In this document: positions 40,887 to 50,767 of the stretch, piece by piece
Layout: each line of letters begins with the position of its first letter
Position numbering within the stretch: the stretch's first letter is position 1
From: Chloroflexota bacterium
Lineage (GTDB): Bacteria; Chloroflexota; UBA11872; VXOZ01
Assembly: GCA_963663275.1 (NCBI GenBank)
Contig: OY760183.1
Location: forward strand, 1,952,001 to 2,016,000
Length of the DNA: 64,000 nucleotides
Direction of reading: 5' to 3'
Translations under genes and position numbers: made by a program
Notes under the pieces: model-generated
The model's database searches: none
Told to the model about the DNA's origin: nothing
The model's input: only the letters and a program-made list of their open reading frames with translations

Positions 40887-41772
40887 GGCTCACCTCTTCG
40901 ATGAACATGTCGCGCAAGGAGGGCAGGGCGACCTCGAACCGTTCCACCGGAATGCCGCCGTCCAAGAAGGCGCGAAGCACGGCATTCGGGTCGGCCCCCT
41001 CGGTCAGGAGATACTCAAACTGCCCGTCCGCGGCCGCGGCGCGGCTGACGCCGGGCACGTCCGCCGGTTGCTGCGGCGCGGTAACGCGGATGTTCTGGAT
41101 GCCCCGCGCCCGCTTCAGCGCGTCGAGAGCGCCGTAGAGCAACACCCTGCCGGAACTGATGAGCACCACGCGCTCGCACATCTCCTCAACGTCTTCCATG
41201 TCGTGGGAACTGAAGATGATTGCGGCGCCGCGCTGCTGTTGTTCGCGGATGATTTCCTTCATCACCTGCACGTTGAGCGGATCGAGGCCGGAGAAGGGTT
41301 CGTCGAGGATGACGAGATCGGGTTGGTGCACCAGGGCGCTGGCAAACTGGGCGAGTTGGTTCATGCCCCGCGAGAGCGCCTGCACCTTCTTGTCGCGGTG
41401 CTCGTAGAGGCCGACGCGTTCCAGCATGGCGTCGGCGCGGGCGCGGGCATCTTTGGCGCTCAGGCCTTTCAGGCGTCCCAGGTAGCGCAGCACGTCGCTC
41501 AGGGCCGACTTCTGGTAGAGGCCGCGCTCCTCGGGCAGGTAGCCGACCCGCCGCAGCGCCTGCCGCGTGGGCGGGCCGCCAAACAACGCGACCGAACCGG
41601 CATCGGGGCGGATGATGTCCAGCGCCATGCGGATGGTGGAAGTCTTGCCGGCTCCATTTGGCCCCACCAGGCCCAGGATTTCCCGCGGCTCAACGGTGAA
41701 GGAGACGCCATCGACGACCGTGGTGTGACCGTATACCTTGCTCACGCCGTCAACGACTAAGGCGTTTGTCAC
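40870..41772 (-). CDS. ABC transporter ATP-binding protein
   Basis: GPNGAGKT, LSRG signature, LDEPFSGLDP, SSH. Confidence 0.93.
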   Translation of the reverse strand: MTNALVVDGVSKVYGHTTVVDGVSFTVEPREILGLVGPNGAGKTSTIRMALDIIRPDAGSVALFGGPPTRQALRRVGYLPEERGLYQKSALSDVLRYLGRLKGLSAKDARARADAMLERVGLYEHRDKKVQALSRGMNQLAQFASALVHQPDLVILDEPFSGLDPLNVQVMKEIIREQQQRGAAIIFSSHDMEDVEEMCERVVLISSGRVLLYGALDALKRARGIQNIRVTAPQQPADVPGVSRAAAADGQFEYLLTEGADPNAVLRAFLDGGIPVERFEVALPSLRDMFIEEVSRARSA

Positions 41773-41816
41773 GAAGTTACTCTCTTCATGCTGGAGGATT
41801 CCGGGAAAGACCGGAT

Positions 41817-41940
41817 AGAGGCTTTTGCATAGCCCGTTTGCCTTTGAGGGAGAAAGTTAGGATGGGAGTGATAAAGCATTGAAAGCATTTGTGATTAACT
41901 GTAATGTCAGTCTGGATTCCGGCTCTTGCCGGAATGACGG
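41817..41940. repeat. Degenerate composite palindromic element
   Basis: GAGGCTTTTGCATAG resembles the 9594 TIR. It is followed by a GAGGGAGA..AGGATGGGAG remnant and CTGGATTCCGGCTCTTGCCGGAATGACG, a CGTC-type repeat. Confidence 0.55.
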
Positions 41941-42146
41941 AGGCTTGCCAACGTCTCCCCGTAAGCGAGGCGAAGCGCGATTTCGTTTGTGGTGGCTGTG
42001 CCTCCAAGACCAGCATACCCCGCCGCCGGAGCGGCAGTCCACCGGCGGGCGTGGTGCGGGGAACCGCTGCTTGATCGTGACAATTCAGAAGACCCGGCGC
42101 GCTCCCTTGATGGGAAACCCGTAGGTGTTCTGGTAGTCTTGCGGGC

Positions 42147-43556
42147 ATGATGGCAGATACGGTCTGTGACGTGCGCAATCCGCGGGCGCGCTCAGTCCTT
42201 CCCACGTTCGAAAGGGTCCTGCCGCGCAGCCAAAGGCCGGTAAGCGCCGCCTCGGCCGCGGTTTTCCGGATCGCGTTCGGGCTGTTGGGGTTGGCGGCGG
42301 TCTGCCGCTTTACGATGAAGGGCTGGATCGACGCGCTCTACGTGGAACCGGCGCATCACTTCACGTACGTCGGGTTCGGCTGGGTGCAGGCGTGGCCGGC
42401 GTGGGGCATGTACCTGCACTTCGCGCTGCTGGCCTGCGCGAGCCTGGGCGTGGCGCTGGGCTACCGGTACCGACTTTCGATTACGGCATTCTTCCTGCTG
42501 TTCACTTACATAGAACTCATCGACAAGACAACCTACTTGAACCACTACTACTGGGTCAGCTTGGTTAGCTTCTTGATGGTATTCCTGCCTATGGAGCGGA
42601 TGTGGTCGCTGGACGCCCGGCGCAATCCATCCCTTTCCAGTGAGACGATTCCGGCGTGGGTGATATGGGCGCTGAGCGCGCAGGTAGGCGTCGTCTACCT
42701 CTTTGGCGGACTGGCGAAACTGAACCCCGACTGGCTCTTCCACGCGCAACCGCTGCGCATCTGGCTCTACAACAGCGGCGACTTGCCGCTCATCGGGCCG
42801 CTGCTCAAGGAAGCATGGGCGGCGTACGCCGTGAGTTGGGCCGGCGCGGCCTTCGACCTGACGATCACCGGCTGGCTGCTGTGGCGGCGGAGCCGGCCGT
42901 TTGCCTACGCCGTGCTGGTGGCGTTTCACGTGATGACGTGGCTACTCTTTCCCATCGGCATGTTTCCCTGGATCATGATCGCCGCGACTCTTATATTCTT
43001 CCCTCCCGACTGGCCGCTGCGATTGCTGGCCCGGCTGCGCAGGCGGCGGCTTGGCAATGTTGTAGCGCTCTCTTCACCCGCAACGTACAAGACAACGTGG
43101 CGCTGGCGTTTGGGAGCGGCGGGACTGGCCCTGTTTGCTCTCGTGCAAGTAGCGCTGCCGCTGCGCCACTTCGCGTATCCCGGCAACGTGCGCTGGAACG
43201 AGGAGGGCTACCGCTTCGCGTGGCGCGTGATGCTGACGGAGAAGGTTGGCCACGTGCGCTTTTGGGTGACCGATACGGCGACGGGGGAGCAATGGCTGGA
43301 GTATCCGGAGCGGTACCTCACCGCGCTGCAAGCCGAGCGCATGGCGTACCAACCGGACATGATTCTCGCTACCGCTCATATCGTCGCCCAAGAAGCCGCA
43401 GAGCGAGGCCGCAACGTGGAAGTGCGGGCGGACGCGTTCGTGGCGTTCAACGGCCGGCGCGCGGCGCGGATGATAGACCCTACCGTGGATCTGGCGCGGG
43501 TCAGGCATGGGATCGGGCCGAAGACGTGGGTGCTGCCCGCGCCGAACGTGCCTTGA
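42147..43556 (+). CDS. HTTM-domain protein (vitamin K-dependent gamma-carboxylase-like)
   Basis: FRIAFG, DKTTYLNHYY, AKLNPDW, IGMFPW, WNEEGYRFAWRVML, QPDMIL. Confidence 0.9.
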   Translation: MMADTVCDVRNPRARSVLPTFERVLPRSQRPVSAASAAVFRIAFGLLGLAAVCRFTMKGWIDALYVEPAHHFTYVGFGWVQAWPAWGMYLHFALLACASLGVALGYRYRLSITAFFLLFTYIELIDKTTYLNHYYWVSLVSFLMVFLPMERMWSLDARRNPSLSSETIPAWVIWALSAQVGVVYLFGGLAKLNPDWLFHAQPLRIWLYNSGDLPLIGPLLKEAWAAYAVSWAGAAFDLTITGWLLWRRSRPFAYAVLVAFHVMTWLLFPIGMFPWIMIAATLIFFPPDWPLRLLARLRRRRLGNVVALSSPATYKTTWRWRLGAAGLALFALVQVALPLRHFAYPGNVRWNEEGYRFAWRVMLTEKVGHVRFWVTDTATGEQWLEYPERYLTALQAERMAYQPDMILATAHIVAQEAAERGRNVEVRADAFVAFNGRRAARMIDPTVDLARVRHGIGPKTWVLPAPNVP

Positions 43557-43646
43557 ACTAAGCGCCTTGCCTGAGAGCGTGTGTATGTTGCGCGCCAAGC
43601 CTGGCCTATGCTCCGATACGGGGAGGCGGGGGACAAGCCCCAATAC

Positions 43647-43796
43647 TGTCGCATTAACGTAGCGCGGGGGCTTGTCCGCCGCCAGAACAAGAAAGATGAT
43701 AGCGAAATGGATTGACCCTACGGAAGACGCAGGTTACAAACCTGCGCTACCGGAGAAACAAGCGTAGTTTTCACTTTCATTGCGTTTAATGCGACA
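43647..43796. mobile_element. MITE/REPIN-like element with 11-bp TIRs enclosing two REPs
   Basis: TGTCGCATTAA...TTAATGCGACA encloses GTAGCGCGGGGGCTTGTCC and GCAGGTTACAAACCTGCGCTAC. GGGACAAGCCCC occurs on both sides. Confidence 0.65.
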
Positions 43797-43901
43797 ACAT
43801 TAGGGACAAGCCCCCGCGCTACGGCTGGTAAGAGTGGCTCCAGGGGGAGTGCGGCAATGGAACGGCAACAGTGTTCAGGCGCTTAACGGGCAGACTCGCC
43901 G

Positions 43902-45002
43902 TTAGCGTGTGCTGTCCCCGTCCGTGTCGCTGAAGCCGACGGAGACGCCCAAGAGGCTGACCACCTCGGTGCTGAGGGTGCGTTGGAGTTCCGCCAGGCG
44001 GTCGTGGACGGCCTTCACCCGCTCCGGTTGTTCTTCCAGCGCCGCGCGCAGCGGCATATCCACGGCGTCGATGGCCGCGAGTGACTCCGCAAAGTGCGTA
44101 CGCATCCGGTCGTCAACTTCGTCGGACAGGTCGCGGACTATGTCCGAAATTCCCAGACCGGCGTTGTCTTCACTGCCCAGATAGACGTCCCTCATGCCCA
44201 GAATCTCATTGCGCAGGTCGTCGAGGGCATTGGCGCCGTTCCCGCCGGGGATAGCGGAGGTATCCGCGCCGCCTTCGCGCAGGCCCAGCGCCGCAGCCAG
44301 CCGCATGTCCACGATGGTGCGAATAAGGAAGACCTGCGTGCGCACCACGTCGGCGACCGCCTGCCCGGTGATCAGCGAACTGGCCGAACGCCCGGTGAAG
44401 AAATCCTGATACGGCGGCTGGCCGTCCACGGACGTCGTCCAATCCTGCAAGATGGCGGCGGTTTCATCCTCGATCACTTGCCCGAGGGCGACCAAGTATT
44501 CGCAGCGGGGCGAGGCTTGCTGGGAAAGAAGCTCCAGGGCATCGGCATCGAACAGCACGTACTCGATGGCGCCAAGTCCGCGCTGGGTCGAGGCCAGCCG
44601 GTTGCGCGCGTCGGCCGCGGTGGTGGCGGGGTTCTCCGCCAGCATCGCCTCGATGCGCTCCGGGTCTACGTTCGACCAGTCGATGAGGCCGACGGCGCGC
44701 CGGTCCATCACCGGGCCGAACCAGGTCGCCTCCGCCCGCATCCAAGGCGCGCTGGCATCACGCCAGGCTTGCCGCGCCTTGGTCAGCGATTCCGCCGACG
44801 GCTGGGCGCAGAGTTCTTCCAACGCGGCGCGCAGGTCGCGCGCCTCCGCCGCGACGGTTTCGTAGCCGGGGACGATGACCGAATCGGTAAGACTGATCAG
44901 CACCTCGCTCTCGTCCGGCGCGCCGGAGCCGCAGCCGAGCGGGAGAGCAAGCAAGAGCGCAAGACCGATCGAACGTAGCAGAGGTTTCAAGCGGGCAAAC
45001 AC
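43902..45002 (-). CDS. Imelysin-family lipoprotein (iron uptake, EfeO/IrpA-like)
   Basis: Lipobox PLGC, IVPGY, ARQAW, WFGP, RGLGAIEYVLF, C-terminal GFSDTDGD. Confidence 0.88.
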   Translation of the reverse strand: MFARLKPLLRSIGLALLLALPLGCGSGAPDESEVLISLTDSVIVPGYETVAAEARDLRAALEELCAQPSAESLTKARQAWRDASAPWMRAEATWFGPVMDRRAVGLIDWSNVDPERIEAMLAENPATTAADARNRLASTQRGLGAIEYVLFDADALELLSQQASPRCEYLVALGQVIEDETAAILQDWTTSVDGQPPYQDFFTGRSASSLITGQAVADVVRTQVFLIRTIVDMRLAAALGLREGGADTSAIPGGNGANALDDLRNEILGMRDVYLGSEDNAGLGISDIVRDLSDEVDDRMRTHFAESLAAIDAVDMPLRAALEEQPERVKAVHDRLAELQRTLSTEVVSLLGVSVGFSDTDGDSTR

Positions 45003-45218
45003 GGCAGCATCATCCTCAAACCCGCGCTTCGCGCCTATAACCGAGAATACTTTACATAAGCTAACAACGGCCAGTCACGCCGCATCGAGGGAGAACCGCG
45101 CTGTGCCTCCACGCCGTGTACATGCCGCAATCGACGAAGCGGCGCGATTGCGCGGGAAACGGTCCCAGGTTGCGCCGGCACGGGCCAAGCGCAGCTTTCG
45201 CGAGAGCCCGGCGCGGCC

Positions 45219-45881
45219 TTACTCTTCGCTCTCTTCCTCCGCAGCCCCCTCTTCGCCTTCCTCGCCTTCCACGCCCTCGCCCTCTAGTTCCTCGTCCTCT
45301 TCCGGCGTCTCTTCCTCGATCACGCGCGGCCGTTCCGCCCGCACCACAAGGTCGTCGAATTCCGCTTCTATGGTGACCCCCTCCGGGGTCTCCAGGTCGC
45401 TGACCAGCAGCGCGTGGTCTATGTCGGCGAGCACGCTCACGTCGACGACGAAGTTCTCAGGAATGTCATCCGGCAAGGCGGAGACCGACACTTCGTTCAT
45501 GTGTTGGATGACAATGCCGCCGAGTTCCAGCGCGGGCGCTTGACCGACAATGGCCACCGGCACCAAGGCGCTGACCGGCTTCGTCAGGTCTACCTGCAAG
45601 AAGCTCACGTGCAGCACGCGGCTGGTCGGCGGGTCGTGCTGCACCTCTTGCACGAGCACCGGCAAGGAGTCCGCGCCGTTGACCGCCAGGTCGATGACGC
45701 CGGTGCTGCCCGCGCGTTGGTGCACGGCGATGAATTCACGCCCCTCCATCGTGAGCGGAATCGGCTCCATGTCGAGGCCGTAGACGTTCCCCGGCACTAA
45801 GCCGTCGCGGCGCAGCCGCCGCACTTGCTTGCCAAAGGTCTCGCGCCGATCCGCTTGTAGCTGTTCGTGTTGTCTGGCCAT
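45219..45881 (-). CDS. rplY: 50S ribosomal protein L25/Ctc
   Basis: GKQVRRLRRDGLVPGNVYG, QHDP..LHVSF, acidic tail. Confidence 0.95.
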   Translation of the reverse strand: MARQHEQLQADRRETFGKQVRRLRRDGLVPGNVYGLDMEPIPLTMEGREFIAVHQRAGSTGVIDLAVNGADSLPVLVQEVQHDPPTSRVLHVSFLQVDLTKPVSALVPVAIVGQAPALELGGIVIQHMNEVSVSALPDDIPENFVVDVSVLADIDHALLVSDLETPEGVTIEAEFDDLVVRAERPRVIEEETPEEDEELEGEGVEGEEGEEGAAEEESEE

Positions 45882-46198
45882 GCGCCCCTCAATCTCCTGC
45901 GCCGCCTCGCGGCCTGTCTTTGGTTGTTCGCTGTCCGGTTACGATAAAGAAAGGCACGCCGCTCTCCGCGCTCAGCCACAGGTCTGCAAACGCACCATCT
46001 ACCTACTTTACATGCTTGGCAGCCGCACGCCAAGTTGTGGGAAGGCATCCACGGCGCGGCGCAGGCCGCTCGGCATAGCGATTTCCTGGCAGTGTTTGCC
46101 AGCACAGTCGCAGATCGTTGCATGGGATTTCGGTACAATAGGTAGGGTGCGAGCGGTGTAGAGTGAACAGTGAGATTCTGTCCCTCAGGGCGTTGGCA

Positions 46199-47110
46199 AT
46201 GGCAGGTACGGTAAAGAAAGCATTCTTGCGGGAACTGACCGCCCAGTTTGGGTCGGTTGAACGAGTGAATCGCAGCCAATCTCTCTACGTGGTCGGTGAC
46301 GATGCGGCTCGAGTCTACATTCGCTACTCGAAAGTCCATAATGGCGATCGCGCATTCTACGGATTGAGGGAAGAAGACCTGCGCGAGTTAGCGGGACACC
46401 GTTCGACAATATGCTTTCTGTGGGAAGGTCAGGTTGAACCGCTATGTGTGCCCTTTGCCGAGTATGAGGAAGTATTCCATGCGGTGTTGCCGGCTCGAGA
46501 CGGCCAGTACAAAGTAATGGTCTATTTGGAGGAAAGCAGCACAGAACTCTACATAGCTGGCGCCGGCAGATTCGACGTCGCCGGTGACAGGGGCTGGCAA
46601 ACGCTGGGCGCCTTGATCGATGCGGATAGGCTGCGCGCGCAGCCGGACCTGTCGCATCCACAGGTGCAAACGCTGCTTGGGGCAATTGGCAGCGCAAAAG
46701 GATTTGACGTTTGGATTCCACAAAGCGACCGACCAAGAATGGATTGGTCATTGACGTTGCCTTTCGGCGTCCGGGAGATTCTGCCACTTGGATATGATGC
46801 GGTAGCCGCCACGCTGGCGGAAGTGGACGTCATATGGATTAGCAGAGGCGCAGACGTGCTGCAAGCGCTTTTTGAAGTAGAGCACACGACACCCATATAT
46901 TCCGGCTTGTTGCGTTTCAATGATGTGCACTTGACAGCACCTAAATTGCTTCCTCGGTTTAGTGTCGTATCAAGGGTCGCGCGGCGCGATCTCTTTGCAC
47001 GGCAGTTAAGGAGGCCTACGTTTCAGACCAGCGGGCTATATAAGCTGTGCACGTTTCTGGACTATCGCAACGTGCTCGAGTGGCACAACCGCATTGCTCG
47101 ACAAGACTGA
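46199..47110 (+). CDS. Orphan restriction-endonuclease-like (PD-(D/E)XK-type) protein
   Basis: C-terminal HPQVQTLL..GFDVWIP..EVDVIW..FEVEHTTPIYSGLLRFND. Visibly more AT-rich than its neighbours. Confidence 0.55.
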   Translation: MAGTVKKAFLRELTAQFGSVERVNRSQSLYVVGDDAARVYIRYSKVHNGDRAFYGLREEDLRELAGHRSTICFLWEGQVEPLCVPFAEYEEVFHAVLPARDGQYKVMVYLEESSTELYIAGAGRFDVAGDRGWQTLGALIDADRLRAQPDLSHPQVQTLLGAIGSAKGFDVWIPQSDRPRMDWSLTLPFGVREILPLGYDAVAATLAEVDVIWISRGADVLQALFEVEHTTPIYSGLLRFNDVHLTAPKLLPRFSVVSRVARRDLFARQLRRPTFQTSGLYKLCTFLDYRNVLEWHNRIARQD

Positions 47111-47158
47111 GGGGTGTAAGCGTCACTCCGAATCTCTCTAGGGCGAAGAAGAAGGACC

Positions 47159-47734
47159 ATGAAGCAGAAAGACAGACTCGATAGACCCCTGGTCGGCATT
47201 ATCATGGGTTCGCAGTCCGATTGGGAGACGATGCGCCACGCGGTGGAGACCCTGGAGGAATTGGGCGTGCCGCATGAGGCGCGGGTGGTCTCGGCGCACC
47301 GCACGCCGGACCAGATGTTCGCGTATGCGGAGACGGCGGCGGAGCGCGGCATCGAGGTGATCATCGCCGGGGCCGGCGGGGCGGCGCATCTGCCCGGCAT
47401 GACGGCGGCCAAGACCAGCCTGCCGGTGCTGGGCGTGCCCGTGCAATCGCGGGCGCTCAACGGCATGGACTCGCTCCTCTCCATCGCGCAGATGCCGGCG
47501 GGCGTGCCGGTGGGCACGTTGGCGATCGGCCGCGCCGGGGCGGTGAACGCGGCGCTGCTGGCCGCCGCGATTCTGGGCGCCAAGCACCCGCAATTTCGTT
47601 CGGCCTATGAAAAATATCGGGAGCGGCAGACCGGCGCCGTGCTGGCAGACCCGGTTCCAGGGAATCCCGTTCATGCTTCGACAGGCTCAGCACGAACGGA
47701 TTTAGCGCCAGGAGATTCAGCCCAAGCGGGTTAA
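47159..47734 (+). CDS. purE: N5-CAIR mutase with REP-derived C-terminal extension
   Basis: [36 protein letters not shown]. Confidence 0.95.
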   Translation: MKQKDRLDRPLVGIIMGSQSDWETMRHAVETLEELGVPHEARVVSAHRTPDQMFAYAETAAERGIEVIIAGAGGAAHLPGMTAAKTSLPVLGVPVQSRALNGMDSLLSIAQMPAGVPVGTLAIGRAGAVNAALLAAAILGAKHPQFRSAYEKYRERQTGAVLADPVPGNPVHASTGSARTDLAPGDSAQAG

Positions 47735-47928
47735 GCACGAGTGGGTTAGGCAGGAGCGGGGTCGGCGAGAGCGGATTGAGCACGAATGGATTCGGCCCGA
47801 GCGGGTTGAACACGAACAGATTTAGCGACTACGGGTTCAACACGAGCGGATTCAGCGAGGACGGGTTCAGACCGGATGGTTTCAGCAAGGATGGGTTCAA
47901 CGAGAACGGGTTTTGTGGGAACAGGTTC
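47666..47928 (+). repeat. REP palindrome followed by 16 degenerate 15-bp tandem units
   Basis: Exact 15-bp period from 47689 (AGCACGAACGGATTT) to 47914 (TGTGGGAACAGGTTC). Confidence 0.85.
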
Positions 47929-47931
47929 GGC

Positions 47932-49029
47932 ATGATGGTTGGCATTCTGGGCGGCGGGCAGCTTGGGCGGATGCTGGCGCTGGCGGGGTATCCGCTGGGA
48001 CTGCGGTTCCGCGTGCTCGAAACGTATGCGGACGCGCCGGCCGCGGACCTGGCCGAATTCGTCGTGGGGGAGAGTTACGACGACCGCGAGGCGCTGGCGC
48101 GATTTGCCGGCGGCCTCACGTTGGCCACCTACGAATTTGAGAACGTGCCGGTGGCGGCGGCGCGCTTCCTGGCAAGCCGTGTCCCGGTCTACCCGCCGCC
48201 GCAAGCCCTGGAGGTTTCCCAGGACCGCCAGACCGAGAAGACCTTCTTCCGCACGCTTGACATTCCCACGCCCGATTTCAGGGCGGTCGATTCCCAAGAA
48301 ACGCTTGAGACCGCGTTGCGCGCGCTGGGAACGCCCGCCGTGCTCAAGACCCGGCGGCTGGGCTACGACGGCAAAGGCCAGCGCATCCTGCGGCGGGCGG
48401 CCGACGCCCAAGAGTCCTGGATTGCCCTCCAGGGACAGCCGCTCATACTCGAGGCTTTCGTGCCGTTCGACCGGGAAGTCTCGCTGCTCTCCGTGCGCGG
48501 GCGGGACGGCGGCACGGCATTCTATCCGCTGATTGAGAATTACCATCACGAGGGCATTCTGCGCCGTTCCATCGCGCCCGCGCCGGCAACGCCGCCTACG
48601 CTCGAAGCGCAAGCGGAATCGTACGGCCGGCGGGTGCTGGAGGCGCTGGATTACGTGGGCGCGCTGGCGATCGAGTTCTTCCAGGTCGGCGACCGTTTGC
48701 TCGCCAACGAGATGGCGCCCCGGGTGCACAACTCCGGCCACTGGACGATCGAAGGAGCGGAAACGAGCCAGTTCGAGAACCATCTGCGCGCCGTGCTCGG
48801 CCTACCCCTGGGCGCGACTACCCCGCGCGGCTATTCGGTCATGCTCAACCTCATCGGCGAGATTCCCGACCATGCCGCCATGCTGGCGCTGCCCAACGCC
48901 CACCTGCACCTCTACGCCAAAGAGCCGCGTCCCGGCCGCAAGTTGGGGCACATTACCGTGCGCGGCGATGACGAGCACGCGACACGCAGCGCGGCAGCCG
49001 CGCTTCAAGACGGCTTGGGGCTGCGCTGA
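47932..49029 (+). CDS. purK: N5-CAIR synthase (ATP-grasp)
   Basis: GILGGGQLGRM, TYEFENV, GYDGKGQ, NEMAPRVHNSGH, SQFENH, RKLGH. The frame is open upstream through the repeat array. Confidence 0.95.
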   Translation: MMVGILGGGQLGRMLALAGYPLGLRFRVLETYADAPAADLAEFVVGESYDDREALARFAGGLTLATYEFENVPVAAARFLASRVPVYPPPQALEVSQDRQTEKTFFRTLDIPTPDFRAVDSQETLETALRALGTPAVLKTRRLGYDGKGQRILRRAADAQESWIALQGQPLILEAFVPFDREVSLLSVRGRDGGTAFYPLIENYHHEGILRRSIAPAPATPPTLEAQAESYGRRVLEALDYVGALAIEFFQVGDRLLANEMAPRVHNSGHWTIEGAETSQFENHLRAVLGLPLGATTPRGYSVMLNLIGEIPDHAAMLALPNAHLHLYAKEPRPGRKLGHITVRGDDEHATRSAAAALQDGLGLR

Positions 49030-49137
49030 ACAGCGGGCCGGCGAGGCACGCCTCCTGTGCCGTGCGCATTCCGGGCGGCATTGGGCTATAGTGAGAATCA
49101 GAACACCGGCCAGAACGAAGTCGAGGAGAATCGCTCT

Positions 49138-49581
49138 ATGGACGTTCAGGTATACGGCGTCAATCACGTCGGCATCGAGGTGGACGACGTGGAGAAGGCG
49201 GTGGCTTTCTACGAGGACGTCTTCAATCTCGAAATGCTGCGCGGCGGCGAGGGCGCGGCCTGGTGCCAACTGGGGAACCACCAGTTTCTGGCGATCTTCG
49301 AGGTGGAAGAGTTGCAGCCGGAGCGGTCGCGCCACATTGGCATCATGGTGCGCGATGAGGAGCAACTCGCCAGCGTGCGCGACAAGCTGCGCGCCAAGTA
49401 CAAGCTGGACGTCATGTCCAACGACTACATTCGCTGCGACTTCCGCGATCCCTGGGGCAACCGCATCCAGGTGGTGGACCTGCACGACGAGTCGCTGGTG
49501 TGGCTGCTGCCCTACCAGGAAGTGCAAGAGGCAGGCATCGTCTTTCCGGCGCCGCAGGCTGACGCCGGGGCTGATGAATGA
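49138..49581 (+). CDS. VOC/glyoxalase family protein
   Basis: NHVGIEVDD..AFY, HIGI, DPWGNRIQ. Confidence 0.88.
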   Translation: MDVQVYGVNHVGIEVDDVEKAVAFYEDVFNLEMLRGGEGAAWCQLGNHQFLAIFEVEELQPERSRHIGIMVRDEEQLASVRDKLRAKYKLDVMSNDYIRCDFRDPWGNRIQVVDLHDESLVWLLPYQEVQEAGIVFPAPQADAGADE

Positions 49582-50710
49582 GGAGCAGGGCATGACCCCG
49601 GCAGACGTACGCGCGCTCTTTCCCATTCTCAGCGAGCGGGCGTACCTCTTCAGCGGCGGGATCGCGCCGGCTTCGACGCCTATGCTGGCGGCGGTCAGGC
49701 AGCATCTGGCCGCGCTCACCTACAATACCGGCGATCTCTATCCCCGCTTCATGGACGAAACCCGCGTGCTGCGCGAACGCTTTGCGGCGCTCATGGGAGC
49801 GGATGAAGACGAAATCGTGGTGAACGACAGCACGTCCGCGGGGTCGAGCCTCGCCGTCAGCTTGGTCGAGCCAAAGCCCGGCGGCAACGTGGTGTTCGAC
49901 GGGTTTCCGTATCCCTCCAGCGTCTATCCCTGGATGCTGCCGCCGCGCGACGCGCTGGAGCGCCGTTTCGTCGCGCCGCGGGACGGTCTCATTCACATGG
50001 AGGACATGGAGCGCGCGGTCGACGACGATACGGTCGCGGTGAGCGTCTCCCACGTTACGCCCGCGCAGGGCTTCCGCCACGGCATGGGCGCGCTGGCGCG
50101 GCTGGCGCATGAGCATGGCGCGTTGCTCATCGTGGACGGCGCGCAGTCGGCCGGCGGGCTGAACATCGATCTCCACGCGAGCGGCGTCGATTTCTTTGCC
50201 ACCACCGCCATGAAGTGGCTGCTGGGGCCGGCCGGCGTGGGCTTTCTCTACGTGGCGAAACGCCATCTCGACCGGCAGCCGCCGACCGCCGGCTGGGTAA
50301 GCACGGTCAGAACGGATATGGAAGAACTGCGCTTGCTGCCCAGCGCGGAGCGGTTCCAGCTTGGAATGCCGAATTTGATGGGCGTGGCCGCCGCGCTGCC
50401 GGGCATCGAGATCTTACTGGAGACCGGCATGGCCGCCGTGGAAGCCCACGTGCTTGAGCTAACGCAGTACTGCATCGATGGGCTGCGGGAAAGAGGAATC
50501 ACCGTGCGCACGCCGCAGGATCCCCTCCGGCGCGCGGGTGTGATCGCCGCCGAGATCGAAGATGCGGGCGCGGTGCAAGCCTTCCTTACGGAGCGCGGCG
50601 TGGATACCTATTTCCTCCGCAATCTCTTTCGCGTGGATCCGCACGTGTTCAATAACCGCGCGGACATCGACCGCTTGCTGGCGGACATCGACGCTTTTCG
50701 CGCGGGCTAG
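49574..50710 (+). CDS. Class V PLP-dependent aminotransferase (kynureninase/isopenicillin epimerase-like)
   Basis: VSHV, IVDGAQSAG, MKWLLGPAGVG, RVDPHVFN. Confidence 0.88.
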   Translation: MNEEQGMTPADVRALFPILSERAYLFSGGIAPASTPMLAAVRQHLAALTYNTGDLYPRFMDETRVLRERFAALMGADEDEIVVNDSTSAGSSLAVSLVEPKPGGNVVFDGFPYPSSVYPWMLPPRDALERRFVAPRDGLIHMEDMERAVDDDTVAVSVSHVTPAQGFRHGMGALARLAHEHGALLIVDGAQSAGGLNIDLHASGVDFFATTAMKWLLGPAGVGFLYVAKRHLDRQPPTAGWVSTVRTDMEELRLLPSAERFQLGMPNLMGVAAALPGIEILLETGMAAVEAHVLELTQYCIDGLRERGITVRTPQDPLRRAGVIAAEIEDAGAVQAFLTERGVDTYFLRNLFRVDPHVFNNRADIDRLLADIDAFRAG

Positions 50711-50767
50711 GGGGGCGCGGGAATGTCCGCGCGTCGGGCAGAGAACGCAGTCGTAAAGGAGAGAGTT

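Noticed and set aside
48533-50710. 725-aa ORF in the track suggesting a fusion
   Set aside because: The upstream part is an off-frame shadow of purK and the VOC gene. The real aminotransferase starts near 49574-49592.
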